Below, piece after piece: positions 32,713 to 43,819 of a stretch of DNA of 64,000 bases. The number at the start of each line of letters is the position of its first letter. Positions within the stretch are counted from its first letter, which is position 1. The position numbers were made by a program, and so were the translations under genes. The notes beneath the pieces were generated by a model, which was given only the letters and a program-made list of their open reading frames with translations, made no database searches and was not told the DNA's origin. The stretch spans positions 1,856,001 to 1,920,000 of the forward strand of contig OZ241857.1 of the NCBI GenBank assembly GCA_965203315.1. The letters are read 5' to 3'. The DNA comes from Nitrosopumilus sp. (GTDB taxonomy: Archaea > Thermoproteota > Nitrososphaeria > Nitrososphaerales > Nitrosopumilaceae).

Positions 32713-33057
32713 ATGATACATACTGCTCTAAATGTTGGCGGTAGCGAATGGATGATCATAATCTTTGTTGCGTTGATCTTGATACTAGGGACAGGTAAAC
32801 TCCCGGCAGCTGCAAGAAAGCTTGGCAAAGCAGTAAATGAATACAATCGCGCAAAGATGGAGATCAGTGATCAAGTCAAAGTTACAAGTGAGGCTCCAAA
32901 GATACTGGGTCCAGTGGAAAACGAACGTGAGAAACTTGACGCCATTGCAAGATCAATCGGAATTAATCCTGCGGGCAAGTCTGATGAACAGCTACGAGAT
33001 GCAATCTCTGCAAAGATCGGTAAAGACACAAAGCAGGATGGTGGCGAATCCACATAG
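32713..33057 (+). CDS. tatA: Twin-arginine translocase TatA/E-family subunit
   Basis: GGSEWMIIIFVALILILGTGKLPAAARKLGKA. Confidence 0.88.
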   Translation: MIHTALNVGGSEWMIIIFVALILILGTGKLPAAARKLGKAVNEYNRAKMEISDQVKVTSEAPKILGPVENEREKLDAIARSIGINPAGKSDEQLRDAISAKIGKDTKQDGGEST

Positions 33058-33241
33058 TACAAATGTCGTTAGAATTTGTAGTTCATTATGCGTTATTCTA
33101 AACCAGAAATGAGTTTTTATACATGTATGTTAAACAGCAATGTCTCAAGACTGTACTGCATAGAAATGTTTATGGAAAAATGAAGAGTAAAAAATTAAAT
33201 GTTTATGAATTTTACAAATGTCTGTTTGTTGTTTACGTACA

Positions 33242-33356
33242 GGATCTTTTAGGTTTACATCAGATTACTAGTTACAGAAAAAGCACCACTAGATGTCATA
33301 AGTGACAATTATGGAAAACGCCGTGCTAAATGGCATCTTAAATGACTCGAAAAGAC
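33242..33356 (+). repeat. Family B palindromic repeat, copy 4
   Basis: ggatcttttaggtttacatcagattactagttacagaaaaagcac...ctcgaaaagac aligns with copies 1 and 5. Confidence 0.6.
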
Positions 33357-34893
33357 ATAATCGATCAAATGTATAACAAGGTCACAAAAAAACGTAGATA
33401 AAATACCGAAAGACTTTGTAATGCATGTAAAACTTTGCCTAGACTGCATTGAATTGTAGACTAGTAGATGTGTCCTACTAATTGGATGCTGTTGGGACGC
33501 TATTAGGTACCACATACTTGACACGCACCTATCCCACACACCTGACAAACACCCTAAACAATAAATCCTAGATTAATCATACCTAAATCTTGAAGTTTCG
33601 CTGTCCAAAATGTAAATCTAGAATAGAACTTCAACGAACATTTAACAAAAAGATACACGTATCATGTACAAAATGTGAAGTAGAGGATATTATAGGATTT
33701 ATAAAAAATCCTGATGAGGCATTCTTGGAATTTTGTGCTAGATATGATGCGGGAATAATAAGAGACATACGTTCAAATCTAATTGCAGAGTCTATAGTGC
33801 GTTCCGACTCTGAGATTGACGCAATGATATCTGGGAAAGAACCATCCGACATAACTAACGGTATTTTGCGCACCAAAAAAGACTATGTATCGGAGTATCG
33901 AGTCTTAGATAGTATCGAACCAGAGATTGGCTGTGCCCCATCAGATCTAGATCTGAACGACTCGTTGCTCAAATATCTGACGGAGATTGGCATATCAAAT
34001 CTATACAAATTTCAAGAAGACTCTTTCGTAGAGATCACAAATGGTAGCAATGTTGTTATTGAAGCTCCAACAGCTAGTGGTAAGACAGAAGCATTTCTGA
34101 TTCCTATAATTCAGCGCATGCACAAAAGAGGTATATCTGGCAGCGTTTATGCTGTATTTGTATATCCTACAAAGGCATTGGCTAGAGACCAATACTTGAA
34201 GATTAAACACTTTGCATCACTATTGAGCATGCGTGCAGAGGTGTTTGATGGAGACACAGAACTAGAAAAAAGAAGATCCATAATTGTAGATCCTCCACAG
34301 ATCATAGTCACAAACTTTGACGTAATCCATTATCATATGTGGCACCGAACTAGATTTGGTTCTCTGTTGTCTACAACTAGAGTTTTGATAGTAGATGAAG
34401 TTCATACATACTCTGGCATATTTGGTACCAATGTACACTATATTATAAAACGCCTCAAACGATTATGTAAGGATCTCCAGTTTGTTGCCGCATCAGCTAC
34501 CATACATGATGCAAAACAGTTTACTTGCGATCTCTTTGGTGAAGAGATGAAGTTGATAAAAGGTTCTGGAAGAAAAGGCAAGATCGAATTTACTATGTTA
34601 TTTCCAACACTTCGATCACAGCGCGCATTGATGATCGATATCGCAAAGCAACTAACTAAAAAGAGACACAAGACCATGATCTTTAACAACTCTCATCTCA
34701 ACTCAGAACTATTTGTTATCCAAGCAAAAAAGCAAAAGATCAACGTCAAGGTACATAGAGCTGGGCTGATGGCCAAATACAGACAGTCAGTTGAACAACA
34801 GTTTCGAGCAGGCAAGATCGAGGCGATATCATGTACTCCTACATTGGAGCTAGGAATAGACATTGGAAACGTAGATGGAATAATATCGTCTAC

Positions 34894-36416
34894 GGGGTTG
34901 TCCGGTGAATATCTCGTAAAATCTATGCATTTTATGATCTCTTAAACAAAATACAACAAATTAACTCTATTTGCCGTTATTTTTCTATTAAAAGTTAAAC
35001 TTTGGTGCAAAGTGTACCGTTTTGCACTTCAATAATCAAGTTTGATTAATTAAAACGCCACAAATTAATGCTCGACAAGCATGCATTTACCAAAAAACAG
35101 TATTTGGTTACCACTCAATACCCACTTGTGCTAAAATTACTTTTGAATTATGTGCAGCAATCTTGAACTTTAACTCTTGAACCATGTTTTCCCATTTTAT
35201 TGCTTTAATGTCTTCACCAAATAGGAGTTTCATTGTTGAAAATACGCCTTCAACATTTGCACGGTCTCCATATCCTAGAATTATCTTCCAATCATCTTGA
35301 TTTTCTTCGCGTTCGTCTGTTGGCATGGAATTTAGATCTTTACCATCTAAAGCACCAAATTGAAACTCGGCTAATTTACTTCTGGGATCATCTCCATGTG
35401 ATACTGCATTACGTTTTATCAATATTCCATTGATGAGATTATACATCATACAAAACTCGTGAATCTTTTTTGTATCATAACCTTTGTCGGCGAGAATTTT
35501 CTTTGTGATTGGTTTACCGGTACGATTACATTCATCAACTATCTCTGTTGCATCTTTTAATAGTTGCTTAAACTGTGACGAATCTGATTTCTTGTCAGTC
35601 GTAATGCTGTATGACCTTATAATCTTTGAATTCACGTCTATACAAATGTGCATTTTTACAAATCCATCTCGTTCTACTTTGTAATGGGCTTCAATCCATC
35701 GACCACCTGCATGTTGTCTAAAGCCAGAAGCATCAATAGCTAGAGTATGTGGCATTTTAGACTTTATAATTAAGAGATCGTTTAAAATATCGACTTCCTG
35801 TGCTTTTATTCTAGCGTGTAACTGAGATCTACGTGGTATCTTGAAATTAGGAAAAGATTTCTCTAACTCTTTTATGAGTCGTCTATATGAATAGTTGTTT
35901 CTAGATTTTGTAATGCCTGCGTACATTATAAGAGCTTCTGAATAAAGGAATTGTCCACCACGTTTATTTTTATTCATAAGAGTTAACTCTTTTTCGAATT
36001 CTTCTTTAAATTTATCCTCGTCTTCCAATCTTAAAACAAGCATAAAAAATAAAAGTCTTAATCTTGGTTTATGTTTTAATGATTTCATAATTCTACTTAA
36101 ATTTCTTGCTTTCTCACGTTTTTCTTTACGATTCATGTCCTCATCTTTTAGAAACTTGAACCAATAAGGGAAATCACTCGCCATGACATTTCTAAAAATA
36201 GTTCCCCTTTATAGATCTTTTCATTTTGATATCTATTTTGTGTTTTAAAATTAATTGTAAACTAGAACTTGTTACTAATTCTATGCAGCAGTTGAAAAAA
36301 CAACACTAGAAACGATGCAATTAGAGAAAATATTTCTCATGTGTTCAAAATCGAGCGATTTGTATCCCCGATGAGTGGATTTGCAGCTGCCCTATTCCTA
36401 TTCACCGGACAACCTC
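34894..36416 (-). mobile_element. IS5-family insertion sequence
   Basis: 18-bp TIR G(G/A)GGTTGTCCGGTGAATA and 8-bp TSD TCGTCTAC (34886-34893, 36417-36424). Confidence 0.93.
35108..36184 (-). CDS. IS5-family DDE transposase
   Basis: AIDASG, VKMHICID, LADKGYD and YGDRANVEGVFSTMK. Confidence 0.92.
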   Translation of the reverse strand: MASDFPYWFKFLKDEDMNRKEKREKARNLSRIMKSLKHKPRLRLLFFMLVLRLEDEDKFKEEFEKELTLMNKNKRGGQFLYSEALIMYAGITKSRNNYSYRRLIKELEKSFPNFKIPRRSQLHARIKAQEVDILNDLLIIKSKMPHTLAIDASGFRQHAGGRWIEAHYKVERDGFVKMHICIDVNSKIIRSYSITTDKKSDSSQFKQLLKDATEIVDECNRTGKPITKKILADKGYDTKKIHEFCMMYNLINGILIKRNAVSHGDDPRSKLAEFQFGALDGKDLNSMPTDEREENQDDWKIILGYGDRANVEGVFSTMKLLFGEDIKAIKWENMVQELKFKIAAHNSKVILAQVGIEW

Positions 36417-37717
36417 TCGTCTACTGTACCAATAAATCGACTCACGCAGCGGATCGGTCGTGCAGGAAGGAGAGGCCAGACAGGATATGCATTCTTGGCA
36501 TTAGGTAACGATCCGATCTCACAATACTATGGACATCACCCTGACGACTACTTTGAAGATATGGAACATAACTATATCGATCCAGAAAACCCTTTTGTTA
36601 AAGAGTATCAGATATTGGCAGCCGCATGTGACAAACCACTCTTGTATGACGAACTAGATCATGACACAGTAGAGTATCACATAACACAAAATAATCTCAA
36701 AAGAGATGGCAGACTAGTATATCCAAATTTAAAAAAAATTAAACCTCTTCTAGATGAGTACAGCATTAGAGGCATAGGACAGTCAGTTGATATTAAACTG
36801 GATGATAAAAAGATAGGTGATCGTATATTGCCTATTGCTCTAGAAGAACTTCACAAAGACGCAATATATTTTCTAGCAGGTACAAAATACAGAGTACAAG
36901 AGTTTGATTATCCTAAAGAGAATGTTGCACAACTGATCAAGATGCCAAAAGATCATCAATATTATACAAAGGCACTCACCGAAGAGTGGCCTACGGTTGA
37001 GACAACATACGAGACACGAATAGCAAATGGCGTTGAGATCGCATTCTGTAAATTACACATAAAAAAGACTGTATGTGGATATGTGAGACTAAAGATTGGT
37101 CAACCTCTACACGAAGGTGAGCGAGTGTTGCTAGATGCAAATCTAGAATATGATTTTATAACAAAAGGTATTGTGTTTTGCGCACCAACCCCAGTAAACA
37201 CAATCGATACATCTGAAGACAAAGAGCGTACAGAACTAAGTGGCTATCACGCTACCGAACATGTTATAATCGAAGGTTCCAATATGATAACCGGTGGTGT
37301 CTCCCAAGATCTAGGCGGCATATCGATGGGCACATCTGGAATGATATACGTCTATGATGGAGCAATAGGTGGAAGTGGAGCAAGTAAGAACATGTGATAT
37401 ATGGCTGGATTACAGAGGTTGTGTACTACAAGACGGTTCTCAGGCAACTCCTAACTCTAAAGGATGGTCTAGAGTGTCCAAACTCAACTTTGAGAGATCT
37501 ATTAAATCTTCTCTAAATGCATGATTTTACATCCAAATATTTGGTGTATCTTGTAATGTTCAACTAGGTAAGCGACTATTCTAGATTCATGAGTGTATTG
37601 GCACATAGATGCTGTTCTAAATAGTTGAGATTTTACTGCATATTATTTGATGTATGACCAAAGAATATTGTGGTGGTGTCAAAATGGAATAAATACTAGT
37701 GTACTACAAACCAAACA

Positions 37718-38545
37718 ATGAAGACGGCACTAGTCACAGGAAGTTCATCTGGTATAGGATTACAAACTGCACTAGCTCTTGCTCGTGACGACTATCAAAC
37801 CTTTGCTAGCATGCGTGACGTATCACGATCAACCGAATTGGAACAAGCTGCTAAAAAAGAAGATCTAGCAATTGAGATAATCGAACTAGATGTTGACCGC
37901 GAAGAGTCTATTATATCTGCAATTCGTCATGTATATGACAAGACTGGAAGAATTGACGTATTGGTGAATAATGCTGGGTATGGTCAATTTGGATGCACAG
38001 AGGATGTGTCTGTAGATAGTTTTAGAAAGCAGTTTGAGACAAATTTTTTCAGTGTCGTAAGAATAATTCAACAGGTAGCTCCAATCATGAGGGCACAAGG
38101 CTCTGGAATAATCGTCAACATGAGTTCAGTTGCAGGTAGAATTGGGTTTCCAGGATCGCCTGCATATATCAGCTCCAAGTTTGCGCTAGAAGGGCTATGC
38201 GAATCTCTTAGATACGAACTCGATCAATTTGGAATAAAGACCACTCTCATCGAACCTGGAGTTATCAAGACAAACTTTTTTGACTCTTTACGAATTCCAG
38301 AGTCAAAGATCGATCCTAAATATAAACAACTCACTGAAAGTATTCTGTCTGGTCTAAAGATGATGGTTGAGATGGGAACACACCCGTCTCAGGTGGCAGA
38401 CACAATAATCTCTGCAATACACGACGATGAACTACTTCCTAGATATGTGGTAGGCTCAGATGCAGCAATGTTTCTTGAAGCCAAACATAACAAGACAGAC
38501 ATCGAGTTCGAACGATTTATGAACAAGCAATTAACTGCCAGTTAA
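37718..38545 (+). CDS. Short-chain dehydrogenase/reductase
   Basis: TGSSSGIG, NNAG and YISSK. Confidence 0.93.
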   Translation: MKTALVTGSSSGIGLQTALALARDDYQTFASMRDVSRSTELEQAAKKEDLAIEIIELDVDREESIISAIRHVYDKTGRIDVLVNNAGYGQFGCTEDVSVDSFRKQFETNFFSVVRIIQQVAPIMRAQGSGIIVNMSSVAGRIGFPGSPAYISSKFALEGLCESLRYELDQFGIKTTLIEPGVIKTNFFDSLRIPESKIDPKYKQLTESILSGLKMMVEMGTHPSQVADTIISAIHDDELLPRYVVGSDAAMFLEAKHNKTDIEFERFMNKQLTAS

Positions 38546-38598
38546 GATAAATTGATATACAAATTGTTGATCATCTACTTAATGTCTTGTGGTGATGC

Positions 38599-40433
38599 GT
38601 GATGAGGTGGAAGACACTTGAACATAATGGAATAACATTTCCAGAACAGTATCAAACAAAAAAAGGCGTAAATATAAAGATCAAAGGCAAGTCCATACCG
38701 TTAGGTATTCTTTCAGAAGAGATGGTATACCAATGGGCCAAAAAGAAGGACACTCATTATGTACAAGATGAAGTCTTTCAAGACAACTTTACAGATGATC
38801 TTGTAAAAGAGCTACGATCTGATCCTAAAACGGCAAATAATGATATAGTGAAACAAGGGATAGCATATCAGGACATTGACTTTACCGATGCGTACAATCT
38901 AGTCCAAAGTGAAAAGGACAAAAAGAAGCCGAAAAGAACAAAGAGAGAGAGAGAAACAAGCAAGAGAGAGAAAGGATAAACTCTTTACCGCCTGAGGAAC
39001 GAAAACCTGAAAGAGAGAAATCAGCAGAGAAACGCAAAAGAGACCGTGCAGAAAAGAACAAACATCGTGAGAAACTAAAAAGCAAATACGGCATAGCATT
39101 TGTGGATGGTCAGCAGGTAGATGTCGCTAGCTATATCGCAGAACCTCCTGGAATATTCATAGGACGAGGCAATCATCCACTACGAGGTAAATGGAAGCCG
39201 AGAATCACAAGCAATGATATAATTCTAAACCTGGGCAAAGAAGCAAATGTTCCGGATGTGATGCTAGAACTAGACACGGTCAAAGATCCTCACGGAAAAT
39301 GGAAAGCAATAGTTCATAATCAAGATGCAACATGGTTGGCAAGCTGGACTGACTTTCTTACAGGAAAGACCAAGTATATCTGGCTTGCAGATACAGCTGG
39401 ATTAAAACAAGAGCGTGATAAAGAAAAGTACGAGAAAGCAAAAAAACTTGAAACAGAGATCGAAAAGATCAAAGATCATCTAGTCAAGGACATGAGTAAA
39501 GGTGACAAGACAAAGATTGCGACTGTGTGTTATTTAATATATAGAACAGCGATGAGAGTCGGCGACGAGAAAGACCCTGAAGAAGCAGATACAGTTGGGG
39601 CTACGACACTGCGCAAAGAACACATAACGATAACTAGTAATACAATAAAGTTTAATTTTTTGGGCAAAGATAGTATACCATGGCGAGAGACACTAAATGT
39701 GCAAGAGCATGACAAACAATTCCAAAAAAATCTAAAAGAGTTAATGAAAAACAAGAAACCCCACGATCAGATATTTGATAATATATCTTCTAGACATGTA
39801 AATGCATACTATTCTGGTATAGTAAAAGGATTAACGGCCAAAGTATTTCGCACATATCTTGCAACAGATGTAGTTAAAAAATACCTCATAGATCACGACG
39901 ATGTTCATAAAAAGTCAAATCATGAGAAACTATATCATGCAAAACTAGCAAACTTGGAAGCTGCTATAATGTGCAACCACAAACGAACTATACCTAAAAC
40001 CTTTGATGAAAAATTAAAAGAACGTAGTAATAAACTCGAAGAGATTCGTAAACAGAAACCGTGGTCTAAAGCAGAAGATGATCTAAAAGATATACTAGAG
40101 ATAAAGCCCAAGACTGATAAACAGACAAAGAGCAAGAATAAAAGACTTAGAGCCAAGAGAAAGCAGATTAGAGAACAAAAGAGACGTCACAAAGATCGAA
40201 CTGAAAAGCTTGGATTACAACTAGATCTTGTTAAAAAGACTCGGGACTATAATTTAGGTACATCACTACGAAATTATATAGATCCACGAGTATTCGTGGC
40301 ATGGACATCTGAAGTAGGCGCAGAATGGGAGCGTCTATACACCGCTGCACTACAAAAAAAGTTTCTGTGGGTCAAGAACGAGGATGTAAAGTGGAGCGAC
40401 ATAAAGTCTAAAGAATCTGTGTCTGATGTGTGA
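38599..40433 (+). CDS. DNA topoisomerase IB (thaumarchaeal, eukaryote-like) with a -1 frameshift near 38920-38955
   Basis: ORF1 starts WKTLEHNG. ORF2 has EPPGIFIGRGNHP, MRVGDEKD, FLGKDSI, AKVFRTY, CNH and TSLRNYIDPR (catalytic Tyr). The -1 frame is open from ~38925 to 39102. Confidence 0.9.
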
Positions 40434-40629
40434 TGTATCTTGTATCGTGTCTAGAGTCGAGATATCTGATCCCAAATCTCCCTGTCTGAGTGATGCGCAT
40501 ATTGTACATTTATACTTGCATAGATCAACATTTGTCTTGGCGTGGAAGATACAAGAATGTGTCTGTTTTTCTGATATCGTCTTATGGTCAAACAGTAAGT
40601 TTTTTATATTCTCGCATCGTGTATATGTT

Positions 40630-41502
40630 GTGCCATCTCTGAGCAATGATAAAGAGTGTATCAAATGTCATCATTGTAAAGAAATATTTCAGTACAAAGA
40701 CACTAAATGGTTTCCTCTACCTATAGAATTCTTTGACGATGACAATATTGAACTCTTGAAGCGTGAAGAGTCTCGAGAATATGTGATGGCGATAAAAAAG
40801 AAGAAAAGAGAGATGCAGATTCTACAAAAGCGATTACGTAGTTACAATCATGATCGCATAATCAATGATCTTATAAAACAGATCGATGCTAGCCCTGAAA
40901 ATGAATCTAGTAAAAAATACAAGATCAACGTATTGACTGTAACTAGACAACTCCGCAACAATCTAGATGCCTCCCTAAAGAAAACAATAGATAATTTTAC
41001 AGAATATCCTTGTCTGGTATTCGGATATTATGAATTTCAATATGTGGGACTATGTCCGCTTTGCAAAAATCATCTGTCCCTCGGATGGCGTGGACATCAC
41101 TCACTCAAGCGTGGCATAAAACTTGAACAGAGAGATGACGATGAGAGATGTATTTTTAAGTGTAAATCATGTAAAGCAGATATAGTTGCTGAAGATCATA
41201 TTTGGTTGTGTAGTACAGACAAGACATATGTATTGCTAACTATGTGTCAAAATTGCCATACAGAACAAAAATACCCGTACAAATTTACGGCTATGCCCCT
41301 TGTAGTGATGGGTGGTGGACGATTTACCAAGCTTAAACGTAAATCAATTCCAGAATGGATGTTTCCTAGATCTATGATTTATATGCACAGCAGGCTATTT
41401 GGATGGGAAGATACTCAACCATACACAGTAATGAAGAGTGAACTAGCCACAACTATGTTCGAAGGTTCAGTCTCATACCTTGAAAAATCAGGTAATGTTT
41501 GA
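40630..41502 (+). CDS. Hypothetical multi-CxxC (zinc-ribbon) protein
   Basis: CHHC, CPLC, CKSC and CQNC. Probable GTG start at 40630 follows TATA-like TTTTTATAT at ~40600-40609. Confidence 0.6.
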   Translation: MPSLSNDKECIKCHHCKEIFQYKDTKWFPLPIEFFDDDNIELLKREESREYVMAIKKKKREMQILQKRLRSYNHDRIINDLIKQIDASPENESSKKYKINVLTVTRQLRNNLDASLKKTIDNFTEYPCLVFGYYEFQYVGLCPLCKNHLSLGWRGHHSLKRGIKLEQRDDDERCIFKCKSCKADIVAEDHIWLCSTDKTYVLLTMCQNCHTEQKYPYKFTAMPLVVMGGGRFTKLKRKSIPEWMFPRSMIYMHSRLFGWEDTQPYTVMKSELATTMFEGSVSYLEKSGNV

Positions 41503-41798
41503 TCGGCTCCAAGATCAACGATATCTGTGGTCGACCACGTTCTAACTTTGCAATATGTTATGCGTGATATACAAATATCTCCAACGTGCATATCTCCAAC
41601 GTCCTAGTCACCTAGTTCTAAATGTGGTCGAGTCGACAGCAACTGTATCTCAATCGAAATGTCTCTAGTTGCTTGTATCATATATGATGAAATTGTATGT
41701 TCAATATCTTGTAATCGTACAAACCGTCTGAGATAAATCATGATCTCACTAGACCTATTAGAATGATTTAAGTTCTTAAATTTATTGAGTACAAGCAT

Positions 41799-41915
41799 GC
41801 CGGGGTAGCTCAGCCTGGTTAGAGTGCCAGTTTACTTGGTAATTCTCTCTAAGGTTCTCCAACAAAGGCAATACTCATAATCTGGAGGTCGCGAGTTCGA
41901 AACTCGCCCCCGGCA
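41799..41915 (+). tRNA. tRNA-Met (CAT, elongator type) with 42-nt intron at 41831-41872 (position 30/31)
   Basis: Acceptor stem GCCGGGG/CCCCGGC and T-loop TTCGAAA. The anticodon arm CCAG^A-CTCATAA-TCTGG forms only after intron removal, and a BHB motif is present. Confidence 0.92.
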
Positions 41916-41927
41916 CACAAAATACTG

Positions 41928-42257
41928 TTATACTGTACACTTACAACCCTTCTTTTTGAGGATATGTATCTGCTCTGAGATAGAGTTGACATACTCTGTC
42001 TGAACACTCGATCCTATTGCTCTTCGCTTGTCTAATGGACTAGAATGTTTGTACCCTCGTTTGGACATCTCTTCTACGAGAAGTTCATGTCGCAGATACA
42101 TGGCAGACAGTTTACCACGCCATCTAAGCGTCTCTGGATGGTTTGCATATCCTCTCTTGTTTAATGTGATTATTGTCCACATTGCATGTAATTCTCGATG
42201 TTCGCCAAGAAGATGATTACGACAGAGTCTGGATGGATCTATGTCCCATATTCTCAT
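41928..42257 (-). CDS. Pyrimidine dimer DNA glycosylase / T4 endonuclease V-like
   Basis: MRIWDIDPSRLCRNHLLGEHRELH, HPETLRW and EMSKRGYKH. Confidence 0.88.
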   Translation of the reverse strand: MRIWDIDPSRLCRNHLLGEHRELHAMWTIITLNKRGYANHPETLRWRGKLSAMYLRHELLVEEMSKRGYKHSSPLDKRRAIGSSVQTEYVNSISEQIHILKKKGCKCTV

Positions 42258-42314
42258 CTGATATCGATCTGTACTCTGATGATCTTGTAAATATGACATG
42301 CTGTATGATCTGAT

Positions 42315-42767
42315 CTAGTGCCAAGATAATTGCATGTCAAACACAAATGAGAGTGATGTCTGTTTGAATCCCAGACGTTTGTAAAATTGATGAGATCGTT
42401 GTCTCTGATTTCCTGTCTCTAATCTGATTCGATGACATCCATATTGTCTTGCCAGTGATATGCATTCATTGACTAGTCTTGTTCCTATGCCACAAGACCT
42501 CAAATCATGAGTAACGATCAACTCTGGTATATACATCTCTTTTGTAATGCGATTTAATCTAGACAGAAACATGATGCTGATCATGCCTACGATTCTGTCA
42601 TCATGTATGGCTACCAATATCATCTTGTCCTGATCTATTATGTATTGTTCAATGATATCTCTAAACCCATCTATATTACCGTCAGGTCTTGGACGCCCAA
42701 GTTCGTATAGCATTTCAAGTATGTCGTCTATACTCTGTTCGGTCGCAGCCTTGATTATCAGATTCAT
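42315..42767 (-). CDS. GNAT acetyltransferase
   Basis: LRSCGIGTRL and FYKRLGF. Confidence 0.9.
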   Translation of the reverse strand: MNLIIKAATEQSIDDILEMLYELGRPRPDGNIDGFRDIIEQYIIDQDKMILVAIHDDRIVGMISIMFLSRLNRITKEMYIPELIVTHDLRSCGIGTRLVNECISLARQYGCHRIRLETGNQRQRSHQFYKRLGFKQTSLSFVFDMQLSWH

Positions 42768-42844
42768 TCATAATGGTACAACACTGCAATAGATATACGC
42801 AGCTGATCTGTGCATTACACAACCGTTAAAACTATGATGTTCAT

Positions 42845-43711
42845 TTAACGTGTTTTACATATTATCAGATCAACTTTGTAGCAAAGTCTGGCGCGATCAT
42901 ATAGATTTAGATTCCATGCTATATGTGAAGGATCTGACGTACCATAAATGATATCAAATCCAAGTTGCTGCATAGCTATGCGTAATGAGCCAGGTTCTAG
43001 CCTCTTCACTACGTGCTGTCGTTCAAAGTCATAGGGATCTGTTATCACGACATAACCATTTGAGATCTGACGCGAGATACACTCTAGCAATCTATGCGGT
43101 TCAATTATCTCAAGAATGTTTAATGCGATGACGATATCAAATTGTTTACTAAATATCTCAGATAGCGAATCTGCCACAAAATAGTCTAGATTTGCCCGAT
43201 GGTTTCGTTTTGCTTGCCAGATTGCGCTAAATGATCTGTCTATTCCCAGTACTGTGTCATGACTTTTGGCAAGATGAGCTGCAATTGTACCTATGGAGCA
43301 ACCATGTTCTAATACAATATTAGATCTTGGAATCAGTGACAATTTGGATCTAATCACATGGTAGAACTTGCTTTTTACACTGTTTTGATATATTCTGGTC
43401 CATCTATCTTCAATCACGCCTCGATCTTCTTTATACTGTATGCCTGTTATTGCATTCTTTAGATAGTCTCTCATGACTTTGCTTTTAGATATCTGATAGA
43501 GTTTACCAACTAGTGATCTGCGTTCTGCTAGATATGTTGTAATGTCATTCCATAGTATCGGCACTCGATCTATTATGGGGAACTTTAAACCACAGCAGTT
43601 ACATTCTAGTATCCCTTCAACAATCTCTAGATCTTTAATCAATACCTCAACTTTTAGTCTCTCTTTACATATCATACATTGTAAGATATCTAGACTAGAC
43701 TCTAACATCAT
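42845..43711 (-). CDS. Trm112-like domain fused to SAM methyltransferase
   Basis: LQCMICK...GILEC..C..FPIIDRVP followed by VLEHGCSIG. Confidence 0.8.
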   Translation of the reverse strand: MMLESSLDILQCMICKERLKVEVLIKDLEIVEGILECNCCGLKFPIIDRVPILWNDITTYLAERRSLVGKLYQISKSKVMRDYLKNAITGIQYKEDRGVIEDRWTRIYQNSVKSKFYHVIRSKLSLIPRSNIVLEHGCSIGTIAAHLAKSHDTVLGIDRSFSAIWQAKRNHRANLDYFVADSLSEIFSKQFDIVIALNILEIIEPHRLLECISRQISNGYVVITDPYDFERQHVVKRLEPGSLRIAMQQLGFDIIYGTSDPSHIAWNLNLYDRARLCYKVDLIICKTR

Positions 43712-43819
43712 TTATGTAATATGCGTCATGCTAATAATCGCTTTGTACTGTTTCGGCACATTCCAGTATTATCTCAATTGAATATACCAAGATAGTGTTA
43801 AATGTAGTTTAGACTAGCT

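Larger units (their letters stand above)
33590..37397 (+). pseudogene. DEAD/DEAH helicase (Hrq1/MrfA-like), split by IS5 and apparently C-terminally truncated
   Basis: APTASGKT, DEVH, SAT and TLELGIDIG lie before the IS; QRIGRAGRRG lies after. Removing the IS and one TSD restores GIISSTVPINR in frame. The ORF stops at GGSGASKNM with no DUF1998-type Cys cluster. Confidence 0.88.

Noticed and set aside
41576-41603. Tandem atatctccaacgt x2 upstream of tRNA-Met
   Set aside because: Two copies only, and not a tRNA-derived att site.
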